DNA of 64,000 nt from IMG/VR virus record IMGVR_UViG_3300010399_000031, positions 124,001 to 188,000 of that record; one strand, given 5' to 3'. A program made the position numbers and the translations under genes. The notes under the pieces were generated by a model. It did not search any database, had not been told where the DNA came from, and worked only from the letters and a program-made list of their open reading frames with translations. Positions 11,201 to 21,211 of the stretch are shown in pieces. Within the stretch, counting starts at the first letter, position 1; each line of letters begins with the position of its first letter.

Positions 11201-12082
11201 ATGTTTCCTTACCAAGCAGCACAGTACGACACCTTCATGGCGCTGGTGCAGGCATCCAATCCCGGATTGATCATTGCCGATCTAAGCGCTGCGCAGCTGC
11301 GTGCGTTGGTACCGTTAGTGATTGCACCTGATTCATTCGGACGAGACACGTCCGTGCGTTTGATGGTGCGCCCCAATAACGTCGAGTACTTCGGTGCTCA
11401 AACCGTCACGTATCGCCGGATTAATCTGGCCGGCTACTTTCGCAGTTTGACTTTGACGCTGGACGATTACATCGGCAGCACGACGATGACGTCGGCTCAG
11501 TTTTGCACTGCATTCAATAACAAATACGGCACCGCGTTGGTAGCAACGGATATCACCAACGCAAGTTTTACTTCGGGGGCGCAGAGCACGGTCACGATTG
11601 CTACGGGGTCGATCTGCTACGAAGGCTCTTTTAGCATCAAATGGACGCAGGGTAAGCAGTACATTAACCAGGTGGTTACTAACCCGGTTCTTGTGGGTCG
11701 ACTTTATCCGGGTGGCAATAACATGCCACCGAGCAAACCGGTAGCGGATTTTCTTACCTACAACCTCGATTGCTCTTCCATCAAAACAGCATTAGCTGCA
11801 TTGACCTCGGGTGCGGTCATCACACCCACTCAGTGGACAACCAATGGTTCAAACTACGCAACGATTCTGAATTTCTTGCAACAAAGTCGCACAGATTTGA
11901 ATTTAAGCGGTAGTGATTCAGCTACCACCGGTGGGTTGGGTAACTTGGTGGTTACACGCTACACGCTACCTTCGGCGAGCTTACCTGGCGCAAACAGTAG
12001 CAAATTTACCGCTGCGGTGACCATTGCTGCGGTAAGTGGTTCCTGGTTTTTGGGTATGTTCTATCTTCACTACACGGCTTAA
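11201..12082 (+). CDS. tail fibre paralog
   Basis: DTSVRL...YFGAQTVTYRRINL; ends FYLHYTA. Confidence 0.7.
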   Translation: MFPYQAAQYDTFMALVQASNPGLIIADLSAAQLRALVPLVIAPDSFGRDTSVRLMVRPNNVEYFGAQTVTYRRINLAGYFRSLTLTLDDYIGSTTMTSAQFCTAFNNKYGTALVATDITNASFTSGAQSTVTIATGSICYEGSFSIKWTQGKQYINQVVTNPVLVGRLYPGGNNMPPSKPVADFLTYNLDCSSIKTALAALTSGAVITPTQWTTNGSNYATILNFLQQSRTDLNLSGSDSATTGGLGNLVVTRYTLPSASLPGANSSKFTAAVTIAAVSGSWFLGMFYLHYTA

Positions 12083-12096
12083 TACGAGAGGGCGTC

Positions 12097-12603
12097 ATGA
12101 GTTTGTATCAAGCATCGCAAGACGACCTGTCGTTAATGCTATCGGTAGCGATAGGCCAAACCATTACCTCCGCGATGTACACAGTGCAAGGGGTGCGGGT
12201 TACTACCACCGCTGAACAAGCCGGGGTAGCGGGAGGTAAGAATAGTAAAGCGCGTATGTTGATGAGTTCGTCTGCGACGTATCGCGGGTATGTGGATGTC
12301 TACTACAACCGACTCGATTTGTCAGCACTATCGAACTACTCACCCATCAAAAGTTCGGTTGATATCGGTTTAGATTTGTATTCGAGCACCGTTATGAACG
12401 CGATCCGAGATATGTACGGGATCATCTTTACGAGTGCTGATTTTGTCGATGTCTCAACGGTCGATGACGGGACTGGTACGGCGCAACTAACTTTGACTGC
12501 TTTGTCGCAATCGCCTGGTTGGATTGGAAACGTGACAATTAGTTTTGCTTCTTTACCCAACATCTCCACCACCTTCAGTAGCGCGATCATGCCGGGCTTT
12601 TAA
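12097..12603 (+). CDS. tail fibre paralog, N-terminal domain only
   Basis: YRGYVDVYYNRLDL and GWIGNVTI motifs, no HYN C-domain. Confidence 0.65.
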   Translation: MSLYQASQDDLSLMLSVAIGQTITSAMYTVQGVRVTTTAEQAGVAGGKNSKARMLMSSSATYRGYVDVYYNRLDLSALSNYSPIKSSVDIGLDLYSSTVMNAIRDMYGIIFTSADFVDVSTVDDGTGTAQLTLTALSQSPGWIGNVTISFASLPNISTTFSSAIMPGF

Positions 12604-12618
12604 ACGAAAGGAACGATT

Positions 12619-12987
12619 ATGGCAGACAATCAGGTTTTCTGGCCCAACTATCTTTTTTTCTGTGATTTCACAGCTGAGAAAGATACGCTCGCAACCTTAC
12701 CACTGGGTCTCATCTCGCAAGCAAGCGCCACTACATTGGCCGCTATGCTTTCTGCGCATGACACAGGCGAAGGTCGTTCATTATGGGTTGACCAATCCAA
12801 TCCTGAATGGGGGTTGCTCGGTGCAGAAATTACCCACAATGGTCCGAATGAAACTGGTTTTTTGAGCAACGGTTTGTACGACACAGTGCTGATGATCCAG
12901 TTCCCTAATACACAAGTGTCCCCCCAGGGTTACGTTGCACTTCACTATAACACCGGGGCAAACGCGGCACCTGCCGCATCGGTTTGA
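12619..12987 (+). CDS. tail fibre paralog, C-terminal domain only
   Basis: CDFT...WGLLGAEITHNG...GYVALHYN matches C-domains of 7552 and 10242 genes. Confidence 0.65.
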   Translation: MADNQVFWPNYLFFCDFTAEKDTLATLPLGLISQASATTLAAMLSAHDTGEGRSLWVDQSNPEWGLLGAEITHNGPNETGFLSNGLYDTVLMIQFPNTQVSPQGYVALHYNTGANAAPAASV

Positions 12988-13069
12988 TGTGAAGTGTATT
13001 CTGGACGACTTTTGAAAGGGAAAGAGTCGTCTGGTATCCACTTCCGTTCTCGACCCAGTAGAGGCACTC

Positions 13070-14140
13070 ATGGCAATTCAGGACATGTGGACATTCGACC
13101 ATGCGCCGCAAGGCACAACCGATGTGTCTACGGGCTCGGGCGGCCCCGCCTACAGCGAAACAAGCCTGTATAATCAGTACACGGGCAATCCCGGTTACGC
13201 GTACAATAATGGTATCACCAATGCCATTCAAGTAACCACAGATGGCTACATGACCATGAATTCGAGTAGTACTTCGAATCCAGGTCTCGTTGTGAAAGCC
13301 AGTGAAGTTCAAGATTGGACCACCGCCACGCAATACTGGATCGGTTTTCGAACCAAAACTTCCAAACAAAATGCATCCACGGCCAATATTTTTGTAATGG
13401 CCAACACAGTGACGCAAAGTTCATACGCGGTGTTAATGACGGAGGCCGATCTTCCCAGTGCGACATTGAATCTGGATTACTACGTCGAGATCTTTATCGA
13501 CCGTGTGAACCTGATTTATCAGTTATGGATCAATAGCGCCTTTATCCGACAAGGGACATTGGCCTCGGTGGTGGTAGTTGCTGGCGGTGGTAGTTTCTAT
13601 TGGTTTGGTCCGTGGAATAGTGGTTTGATCGCCAATGCGTCGCGCGCCTTTAGGGATTTCTATTTCTTGAATGTTGATGCAACGACACCTGGACGACTCG
13701 GTTCGATTCGCTCTAACCTCACCACATTGACGGCAGTTTCTGCGCCGAACTACACGCTTAATGCAGGTTCAAGTGGTGTGGTTGACGCACTCAGTGCGTT
13801 CAACTACGCTTACCCCACCCCGCCGGCGGCGACTCCAAATGAAACCAGTGCAGTCAGTGACGATGCGCTGATTTCGACGTTTAGTACAACTCTTGCATCG
13901 AATGCGAAGATTATCGCAGTCGGTTATCGGTTCGCCGCGCAGTCAACCACAACGGCTAACTTGGGCGTAGGGTTACTCAATGGTGGTACGACGCAAAATC
14001 AGACACCCTACGCCTTTCCGGACACTAACAGCATGCAGTACGGTCGGCGCGCTGTATTGGCCACCAAGGCTACGGATGGTAGTAACTGGACACCTACTAA
14101 GGTCAATGCCACCCAGCTCGTTTTGACCCCGACTAACTAA
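13070..14140 (+). CDS. virion/tail protein, second paralog family
   Basis: MAIQDMWTFDHAPQ...RDFYFL...RLGSI motifs shared with next two genes. Confidence 0.65.
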   Translation: MAIQDMWTFDHAPQGTTDVSTGSGGPAYSETSLYNQYTGNPGYAYNNGITNAIQVTTDGYMTMNSSSTSNPGLVVKASEVQDWTTATQYWIGFRTKTSKQNASTANIFVMANTVTQSSYAVLMTEADLPSATLNLDYYVEIFIDRVNLIYQLWINSAFIRQGTLASVVVVAGGGSFYWFGPWNSGLIANASRAFRDFYFLNVDATTPGRLGSIRSNLTTLTAVSAPNYTLNAGSSGVVDALSAFNYAYPTPPAATPNETSAVSDDALISTFSTTLASNAKIIAVGYRFAAQSTTTANLGVGLLNGGTTQNQTPYAFPDTNSMQYGRRAVLATKATDGSNWTPTKVNATQLVLTPTN

Positions 14141-14161
14141 TGTTTTTTTTTTGAGGTAACC

Positions 14162-15844
14162 ATGGCGATCCACGACATGTGGTCGTATGACCATGCCCCA
14201 CAGTTAGGGACTGATATCTCCAGCGGCACTACGTTGAGTGCATATAGCGAGACCGGGACGTACAACCTTCAAACTGGTTTGCCAGGAATGTTGTACAAGA
14301 ATACAAACGCCACGGGGGTCATCGGAAGTGATGGTTTTTTGAAACTCACCACGGTCAGTGGTAGTAATTCAGCACTTTTGATTCAAGCCAAAGAAGTGCA
14401 GGATTGGAGTGTGGCGACCAAGTACTGGCTTGGTTTTCGCACCAAAACTACTTCGCAAAATGGTGCAGCTTGCAATGTCTTTTCGATTTCAGATTCACTC
14501 GCGGATACGAACTTTCAAGCGTTCATCCAAGAGTCGGATATGACGAGTGCGGGGGCAAACACCGCAAATGTGGAGTACTACGTCGAGGTGATGATTGATC
14601 GCACCAACTTACTCTACGAAGTGTGGATTAACAGTGTAAAAGTCAAAAATGGTTCGATCGCAGTAGCCGCTCTTCCCTCCAGTGGAAATGGTTACTATTG
14701 GTACGGGGCGTATAACTCGCTAAGTGGAGTAACGAACGGTTCAACCCGTTGCTTCAGAGATTTCTATTTCCTCGATGTTGATGTAACAACGCCAAGTCGT
14801 TTGGGTTCAATAAAGTCGAGTTTGCAATCGGTTGCGTCGGCCGCCGCGCCGAACTGGGTCGGAGAAACCGGTACTTTATTGGGAACTGCGGTGATTACCG
14901 CTGCACAATCGAAGTTTGGGGGCGCGTGCTTCACACCTGGTTCGACTGCATCCTCGGCGTTATCTATACCGGATGGTCCAAATGTGAAGTGTCTTAGTGG
15001 TGATTTTACCATTGAAACATTTTGCATGTCAACCAATAATGCGCAAATTGGTGTGTTATTTGGTAAAGACAATGGCTCTGCACCCTATGCGCACTTAACG
15101 TATAACAGCAATCAATGGCAATGGAGCGCCGACAGTTCAGGAGCAATCCTTCTTGCTAGTACAGGGGTTGCTGTCAATACATGGATGCACATCGCCATGG
15201 TGCTGCATAATGGCACTTGGACACTGTATCAAAATGGGGTATCATTGGGAACTGCATCGGGTACTACCTATGGTAATAACTCGTTACCATTTTTGATTGG
15301 TAACTACGGCCCACTTACTAATCAGTGGTTGGGTTACATTGATGAGTTTCGCACCAGTAACATTGCGCGTTATACGGGAGCCTTTACGCCACCGGCTGCA
15401 CCATTCACGGTTGATGCGAATACGCTAATGTTACTGCACTTTGACACCAATGTAAATGGTTTGGTAATAGATAGCGCTCTTTCTGCTTCTGCTGCATTTC
15501 AGCAAGCATACGGGACAGTCAGTGCCAACGTCGGTATCCCGCTTATGGCTAACGCACCGACCGATGACACCATGACGGTGGGGTTCTCCACTAGCTATTC
15601 GAGTAACAAGAACATCTTTGCTGTGGACTTTCGTCTTGCTGCAAAGACTCCCAATTCACCGGCGAGCCTCTCAAGCAGCATTCAGCAGGCAACTAACACC
15701 ACTTCGTTCGGTTCGTACTCGTTCTCGGACGGTAGCATGAACTACGGGCGCCGTTTAGGTCTGACCACCAAAGCCCCAGACGGCGGTGTTTGGACTCCCA
15801 GCAAGATTAGCAGCACGTCACTGCTGATTACCCCGACCAGTTAA
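14162..15844 (+). CDS. virion/tail protein with inserted LamG/ConA-like lectin domain
   Basis: paralog of 13070 plus KFGG...GDFTIE...WMHIAMV...YQNG...IDEFR...ARYT. Confidence 0.7.
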   Translation: MAIHDMWSYDHAPQLGTDISSGTTLSAYSETGTYNLQTGLPGMLYKNTNATGVIGSDGFLKLTTVSGSNSALLIQAKEVQDWSVATKYWLGFRTKTTSQNGAACNVFSISDSLADTNFQAFIQESDMTSAGANTANVEYYVEVMIDRTNLLYEVWINSVKVKNGSIAVAALPSSGNGYYWYGAYNSLSGVTNGSTRCFRDFYFLDVDVTTPSRLGSIKSSLQSVASAAAPNWVGETGTLLGTAVITAAQSKFGGACFTPGSTASSALSIPDGPNVKCLSGDFTIETFCMSTNNAQIGVLFGKDNGSAPYAHLTYNSNQWQWSADSSGAILLASTGVAVNTWMHIAMVLHNGTWTLYQNGVSLGTASGTTYGNNSLPFLIGNYGPLTNQWLGYIDEFRTSNIARYTGAFTPPAAPFTVDANTLMLLHFDTNVNGLVIDSALSASAAFQQAYGTVSANVGIPLMANAPTDDTMTVGFSTSYSSNKNIFAVDFRLAAKTPNSPASLSSSIQQATNTTSFGSYSFSDGSMNYGRRLGLTTKAPDGGVWTPSKISSTSLLITPTS

Positions 15845-15863
15845 GGATTTGAGTGAGTAAATC

Positions 15864-16910
15864 ATGACAAAACGAATGATGTATGCGTTCGACCATATCC
15901 CGGTCACTTTGAGTAGTACTGGTGGTAATGTGTCAGCGTATTGTGATTTTCCATTCACCTACGCACCTAGTGGCGGGCTAAACGCTACTACTGGCGGTAC
16001 CATGTCAGATAGTGACGGTGTATGGTTAGCGTCGAACGCTTATTACTACAACACCGTCACCTCAATGGGGCAGTGGTCACACCCCATCAGTAATGTCTTA
16101 GATATAACCAAAGCACGTAACTGGATCGGTTTTCGATTTAAACCAAGCAGCACCTACATTGGCAACCCTTTTGGTTGCACAGTCAATGGGGTCAACCTAG
16201 CGCTCCTTGCCATTTCGGACTTCAGTTGGACTTCTGGCCACAATTACTACATCGAAGTGATGATTGATCACGTCAATCAAACTCGTTCGGTTTGGGTGGA
16301 TGGCTCGCTAGTTGTAAATGCGCAAGCTGTTTCACTTGCTGGCCAAGTGTCTAGCGATAAGTTGATTTTCGGTTTTTCTGCTGGTATTACGGGTAACACA
16401 AGTTGTACGTATCAGTATAAGGATATGTATTTCATGGATGACCCCAATGATGGTTCTGTCTCGCGTTTAGGACCTATCATTTCCCGTCCAATCACCATCA
16501 ACACAGCCAGCGGTAATGGTTGGACACCATCGTCTGGTTCCATCATTGGAGCGCTTAATACGGCGATCAATACATCGACTCCGTCGACCCCGAATATTGC
16601 ATCGGCAAACGATGGTACACCCCTAGCAATGACACTAGCAAGTACGGTGGATCAAGGAGTAGCTGTGCACGGGGTACTTTTCGTGGCCTCTGGTGAACGC
16701 AATTCCGGCACCGGGACGATGTTGAGATCGACGCTTGCTGATCAAGCGACGCCGGCGAATCAATCAACACTCAACGCGTTGCAGTTTTCAAACACGGCAT
16801 TCCAATATGGTCGCACCATGGGTTTTACACCATTTGCACCAGATGGTAGTACATGGAATGCAACCAAGATTGCGGCGATGAATCTTTCAAGCGTTGCAAG
16901 TGCCACATAA
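15864..16910 (+). CDS. virion/tail protein, second paralog family
   Basis: YAFDHIP...WIGFRF...YYIEVMIDH...KDMYF...SRLGPI. Confidence 0.65.
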   Translation: MTKRMMYAFDHIPVTLSSTGGNVSAYCDFPFTYAPSGGLNATTGGTMSDSDGVWLASNAYYYNTVTSMGQWSHPISNVLDITKARNWIGFRFKPSSTYIGNPFGCTVNGVNLALLAISDFSWTSGHNYYIEVMIDHVNQTRSVWVDGSLVVNAQAVSLAGQVSSDKLIFGFSAGITGNTSCTYQYKDMYFMDDPNDGSVSRLGPIISRPITINTASGNGWTPSSGSIIGALNTAINTSTPSTPNIASANDGTPLAMTLASTVDQGVAVHGVLFVASGERNSGTGTMLRSTLADQATPANQSTLNALQFSNTAFQYGRTMGFTPFAPDGSTWNATKIAAMNLSSVASAT

Positions 16911-16925
16911 GTCGGGAGTGGATTG

Positions 16926-18251
16926 ATGTCAACTACTTTTCGAAAAACCTCAGCGGTTGTCTGGACGCAGGATCCCTCCCCGATTGCGGTTCGGAAAACT
17001 CACGCGTTGGCTTTTGCCAGTGATGTGGGGCTTACATTACGCAACATCCAAGGATTCGCTTTTGAAACCGTACCTCCGGGTATGACGCTACGCAATATTC
17101 AAGGGTTTGCCTTTGAGCGCGCACCACTGGCTATCCCGGTTAATGTTACGGGTGACTTGGCCCTTTACACACTCATCAATAACAATCGGAAACCAGGAGT
17201 ATCGATTACCTGGTCAGCCAGTAACAGCGCGTTAGGAACACCAGTCGCCGACAACACCTATGGTACGACCAATACCCGTATCTCACTTTCTGCCAAATCA
17301 AACAGCGGATACAACGGGTCAGTCAATTTGTTTTATACGCGCCGCTCGATTACTGACGCTGTCTTAGGTTCAGTATCGCTGGGGACGATCTCGTCGGCCA
17401 CGACAGTGGTATCGATGCTACCTACGATCAATTCGAAGTATGGATTGAATCTAACAGCACAGGACGTAGTTGATGGACCGGTAGCGGCTGGTGCGACGTT
17501 TATTACACTTACAATCGCATCATCAAGTTGGGTGTTTTTACCTGGTTCAGTTGTTGCTGTTGGGATCGTTACGAGTTTGGCATCGGCAACGCCCGTTGTG
17601 GATCTACTCGGTTTTGACAACGCGGCCGGGGTGGGGCCGTCGCCGTTTACGAAGGCATTGCTCCATTTCGATGGTAATTTTTCAGATGCTTCTGGCCGAA
17701 TTTGGACAGCAGCGGCCGGAGCAACAACTGAGTCTTCGACGGTTAAATTCGGCAGTGGTGCTTTCCAAAATACAGGGGTGGTTGGGAAATACATCAGCAC
17801 CCCAGACGCCAATGATCTGCATCTAACAGGTGACTTTACAGTCGAGGGGTTTATTAACCCAAATAACATCACTCAGAGTCAAGTTCTAATTATCAAGGGA
17901 TCGGCTTCACCCAACACTGGTGCGCGTTTGATTTTAAGTTCTGGTCAAATTTTCGCTTATGACGACGCTGTAAGTAACCAGATGAGTGGCGGGTCGATCT
18001 CGACAGGAAGTTGGTATCACGTGGCATTGGTTAAATACAACGGTACAGCGACGATCTATGTTGGTGGTAGTCCGGTAGCTAGTAGTACATCATTTGGTAC
18101 CTTCGGTAACAACAATTATCCGCTTTATGTGGGTACGGCGTCCGACGGCTCTTTCCCGATGTATACCACGATGGATGAACTACGTATCAGTGCCGAAGCT
18201 CGTTACAAATCCAGCTTCACACCACCTACGTCGTCGTTCGTGTTCGACTGA
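16926..18251 (+). CDS. tail fibre paralog with C-terminal LamG-like domain
   Basis: internal family-1 domain (LGTP...NTRISL...GYNGSVNLFYTR) then LLHFDG...GDFTVE...WYHVALV...MDELR. Confidence 0.7.
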   Translation: MSTTFRKTSAVVWTQDPSPIAVRKTHALAFASDVGLTLRNIQGFAFETVPPGMTLRNIQGFAFERAPLAIPVNVTGDLALYTLINNNRKPGVSITWSASNSALGTPVADNTYGTTNTRISLSAKSNSGYNGSVNLFYTRRSITDAVLGSVSLGTISSATTVVSMLPTINSKYGLNLTAQDVVDGPVAAGATFITLTIASSSWVFLPGSVVAVGIVTSLASATPVVDLLGFDNAAGVGPSPFTKALLHFDGNFSDASGRIWTAAAGATTESSTVKFGSGAFQNTGVVGKYISTPDANDLHLTGDFTVEGFINPNNITQSQVLIIKGSASPNTGARLILSSGQIFAYDDAVSNQMSGGSISTGSWYHVALVKYNGTATIYVGGSPVASSTSFGTFGNNNYPLYVGTASDGSFPMYTTMDELRISAEARYKSSFTPPTSSFVFD

Positions 18252-18354
18252 TTTTGAACATTTCATCTAAAAAAATAAGGCAATCCTATGCAGGCTGCCT
18301 ATTTAGCGGCCTCATTCCGAGGGCCCCCCCTCTCTTTCCTGATTGGAGTAATCC

Positions 18355-18885
18355 ATGTCAAAAATCGACTCAACCAAGTCAGCCATCGATAACGTGTTGG
18401 TGCTGGTCAATGCCGCTAACAGCACGTCCATTGTCAACACGCAAGTCACGGCTGGTACCCCGACGGCTCAAACCGCAGACGGCCAAGGACGCAACACACA
18501 ACTCACGCTCACAGCGGTAGGTGGACAAGGTTTCACTGGTTCGCAGACCTACACGTACGTGCGACGTGGGTTGAACGATTCGGTTTTGAGTCCAGTTGAC
18601 AGTTACACTGCCGCGCACGGTATCGATGCCACGGCGCTGCTCGACGCACTGTGCACACAACTTGGTCTCGTGAACACGGATGTGCACCTGGAAGATCCAG
18701 CCAATGCTGGAGTGGCACTGTCCGGATCGATCACAGCAGATCAAGCAACACTCGATCTCGTGGCAAACGCCAACTCGCTACTGTACGTGGATGCTTCGAG
18801 CCAGGCCATTACGATGACTTGGACGCACGACCTTGCTGCCGCAACGCCGACCACGGCGCTTACGGGTTTCGACGCAGCCAGTTAA
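18355..18885 (+). CDS. tail fibre paralog (short)
   Basis: AGTP...RNTQLTLT...GFTGSQTYTYVR. Confidence 0.7.
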   Translation: MSKIDSTKSAIDNVLVLVNAANSTSIVNTQVTAGTPTAQTADGQGRNTQLTLTAVGGQGFTGSQTYTYVRRGLNDSVLSPVDSYTAAHGIDATALLDALCTQLGLVNTDVHLEDPANAGVALSGSITADQATLDLVANANSLLYVDASSQAITMTWTHDLAAATPTTALTGFDAAS

Positions 18886-18976
18886 TTATTTGGCGTACTC
18901 AGCAGTTGGGGGATTCCCCCAACTGCTTTTATGCCCCAATCTAATGAAGTCCCTTATCTTTCACTTGGATGTTGAC

Positions 18977-20059
18977 ATGCAAATCGACCCTAGCAAAAGC
19001 GCCATGCAAAATTTGTTGAACTTGATTGACTCGGCCAGTGGTAATAGCGCTGGTCCAACCAATCCCAATCAAGTCACTTATCAAAACCTTCAGGCCGCTA
19101 CCTTAGAAGGCGACGCAGCGGCTAATACTTCGGTTGAACTCGTTGGTGTCACGGACAATGGCTTTACGGGTAATCAAACGTATTACTACGGACGACTTGA
19201 CCCCGCAGCCGAAGTAACTTCTCCAACAAGTCACGCAGTGGTACCGGCTGGCACCACCGATGCACCCACCATCTTGGGAATTGTGGCTAACCATTATGGT
19301 TTTATCGAATCGGAAATTAGTTGGGTGAGTACACCCACCAAACCGAGTACGATGTCCTCCGATCCTACGACTTCCACTCCAGTTGTACAAACAAGCAATT
19401 CGTTGATTTATTTGGATGGGCAAGCAAATATCAATTTGGATTGGCAAGCGTCAACGGTTGCACTGCTCCACTTTGATGGCGATGTTACCGATCAACGCGG
19501 GCACACTGCGACCAATGTGGGGAGTAATACCTGGGCATCCAGCAATAGTGGTCCGATTAAATTCGGCACAGACGCGCTAGGTATTGGAAGTGGTGGTTCG
19601 TGCGTGGAACTCGCCGATCCAGGTGATTTGACGTTCTTGAATAACTTCACAATCGAAAGTGAAGTGTATCTCGCCTCGCACGGGGGTTACCTGTGGGCAA
19701 AAAACGATGGTACAAATTCTTGCTATGCCTTCATGGATAGCACCACAAAAAACTTCAACGTTAAAACGGATACAGCAAGTGTGGTGACGGTTGGTAACTA
19801 TGGTTCAATCCAGAACCAATATAACCATATCGCACTTACCAAAAACGGTACGACTTGGACCGTATGGGTCAACGGGGTGGCTATCGGTACATTCACCAGT
19901 TCGGATAGTTTTGGCAACATCAGTACGTTTTGGACGATCGGTAACATGAACAACGCCAATAACCCGGTTGCCGCTAACCTCGATGAAACTCGCTTTAGCC
20001 GAGTATGTCGTTACACAAGCGCTTTTACCCAACCGAGTGCTGCGTTCACACTCGATTAA
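18977..20059 (+). CDS. tail fibre paralog with C-terminal LamG-like domain
   Basis: N-terminus nearly parallels 18355 gene; LLHFDG...FTIE...YNHIAL...LDETR. Confidence 0.7.
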   Translation: MQIDPSKSAMQNLLNLIDSASGNSAGPTNPNQVTYQNLQAATLEGDAAANTSVELVGVTDNGFTGNQTYYYGRLDPAAEVTSPTSHAVVPAGTTDAPTILGIVANHYGFIESEISWVSTPTKPSTMSSDPTTSTPVVQTSNSLIYLDGQANINLDWQASTVALLHFDGDVTDQRGHTATNVGSNTWASSNSGPIKFGTDALGIGSGGSCVELADPGDLTFLNNFTIESEVYLASHGGYLWAKNDGTNSCYAFMDSTTKNFNVKTDTASVVTVGNYGSIQNQYNHIALTKNGTTWTVWVNGVAIGTFTSSDSFGNISTFWTIGNMNNANNPVAANLDETRFSRVCRYTSAFTQPSAAFTLD

Positions 20060-20074
20060 ACTGTCGATTCAATT

Positions 20075-20104
20075 CCCCGCTCCCCGATAAGGAGCGGGGT
20101 TTAT
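20075..20104 (+). terminator. terminator ending virion block
   Basis: CCCCGCTCC-ccgataa-GGAGCGGGG-TTT. Confidence 0.75.
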
Positions 20105-20187
20105 GTCCTTAACTCCTTAAGCGAGATGTTAAATTTACATAATCCATTGATACTGTAGTGTGGGGGGGGGGCTGTTAATCTTGAATG

Positions 20188-20212
20188 TAGAATTTTTCAG
20201 ACATATATTCTT
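20188..20212 (+). promoter_or_regulatory. putative phage early promoter motif (copy 1)
   Basis: TAGAATTTTTCAGACATATATTCTT; aligns with 42204 and 54804; TATAT core recalls phiKZ early promoters (inference). Confidence 0.55.
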
Positions 20213-20280
20213 TTCGTGCGATGAGAACATCATCGATTTATTGTGACCTTATTCGAACAAATATTTCTCAGGAGTTTATC

Positions 20281-20460
20281 ATGATGGATGTTGCGATCAA
20301 GAACTATCATTCCGGCAAACAAACCATGAAGAACAAAGTCACCCGTTTTCTCGTCATCACCGCCACCTTCGCTGGTCTTGGTTTGTTGATCATCGCTGCG
20401 GATCAAGTCGGCCATTACCTGCAAACGCATCGCGCAGATTACGTAAGCGGCAACCGATAA
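20281..20460 (+). CDS. small membrane protein
   Basis: AGGAG RBS; one hydrophobic segment FLVITATFAGLGLLIIAA. Confidence 0.55.
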   Translation: MMDVAIKNYHSGKQTMKNKVTRFLVITATFAGLGLLIIAADQVGHYLQTHRADYVSGNR

Positions 20461-20481
20461 CCGACAGTTGAGGACCGGTAA

Positions 20482-20871
20482 ATGGAACAACGCCCAGATT
20501 GGATGGCGTTCTTGTCAACCTTTGTTGACGAATGCAAACACATGGGTCAGAAGTTCGAGAAGAAGGAAATGACCCAGCAAGATGTGTTGGATGTGGCGGG
20601 AGAGTACTTTATCCGTGCGCATGATTACCAAGAGCCTCGACTTCATGAAGCCATGCGTACAGCTTGGGTACACATCCAAGAGGCCATGTTCAAAATCGTG
20701 GCTGAGTGGAAAGGGGAGAATAAACTCACCAAGGACGAGCTTTTTCGCAAACACATGGGTGAGATCTTCCTTGAGTTGTGGAAGCTTAACGACGAGTGTA
20801 TCCCAATTCAGACGCGTGAGTATTTTCGTTTTGTTTACGAGCGCGAGGCGGCGATACCTTGGTTTCATTAA
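20482..20871 (+). CDS. hypothetical protein
   Basis: GAGGA RBS, 129 aa. Confidence 0.65.
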   Translation: MEQRPDWMAFLSTFVDECKHMGQKFEKKEMTQQDVLDVAGEYFIRAHDYQEPRLHEAMRTAWVHIQEAMFKIVAEWKGENKLTKDELFRKHMGEIFLELWKLNDECIPIQTREYFRFVYEREAAIPWFH

Positions 20872-20897
20872 CCTTTGAAGAATAAAGAGGAATTACA

Positions 20898-21089
20898 ATG
20901 TTCGAGATGATTGTCATCGACAACGACACGCAAGACATTTACGTGAACGGCAGAAAGTGGGAAAAGTCACCCGAGTCGTACATGCACTTGCGTGAAAACC
21001 ATGTCCACACAAAAGCTACCGTTATCAGGCAGTTGGAGGTGAATGAACTATCTGCGATCAAAATGTATCGGGCAGTTCAAGCGATGTAA
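20898..21089 (+). CDS. hypothetical protein
   Basis: GAGGA RBS, 63 aa. Confidence 0.55.
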   Translation: MFEMIVIDNDTQDIYVNGRKWEKSPESYMHLRENHVHTKATVIRQLEVNELSAIKMYRAVQAM

Positions 21090-21211
21090 GTTGGTAGTTC
21101 GTTAAAATACAAGAACAGCGACAATAAAACAAACCTTAGGCGATTCGCTCCTTTTTTCAGCGAATCAATCGTTCATTAGAAGAATAATAGAGAAAAGTAC
21201 AGGGAGTAACC

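Noticed and set aside
5492-20059. Diversity-generating retroelement acting on fibre C-termini
   Set aside because: No reverse transcriptase and no near-identical template/variable repeat pair differing at adenines was seen
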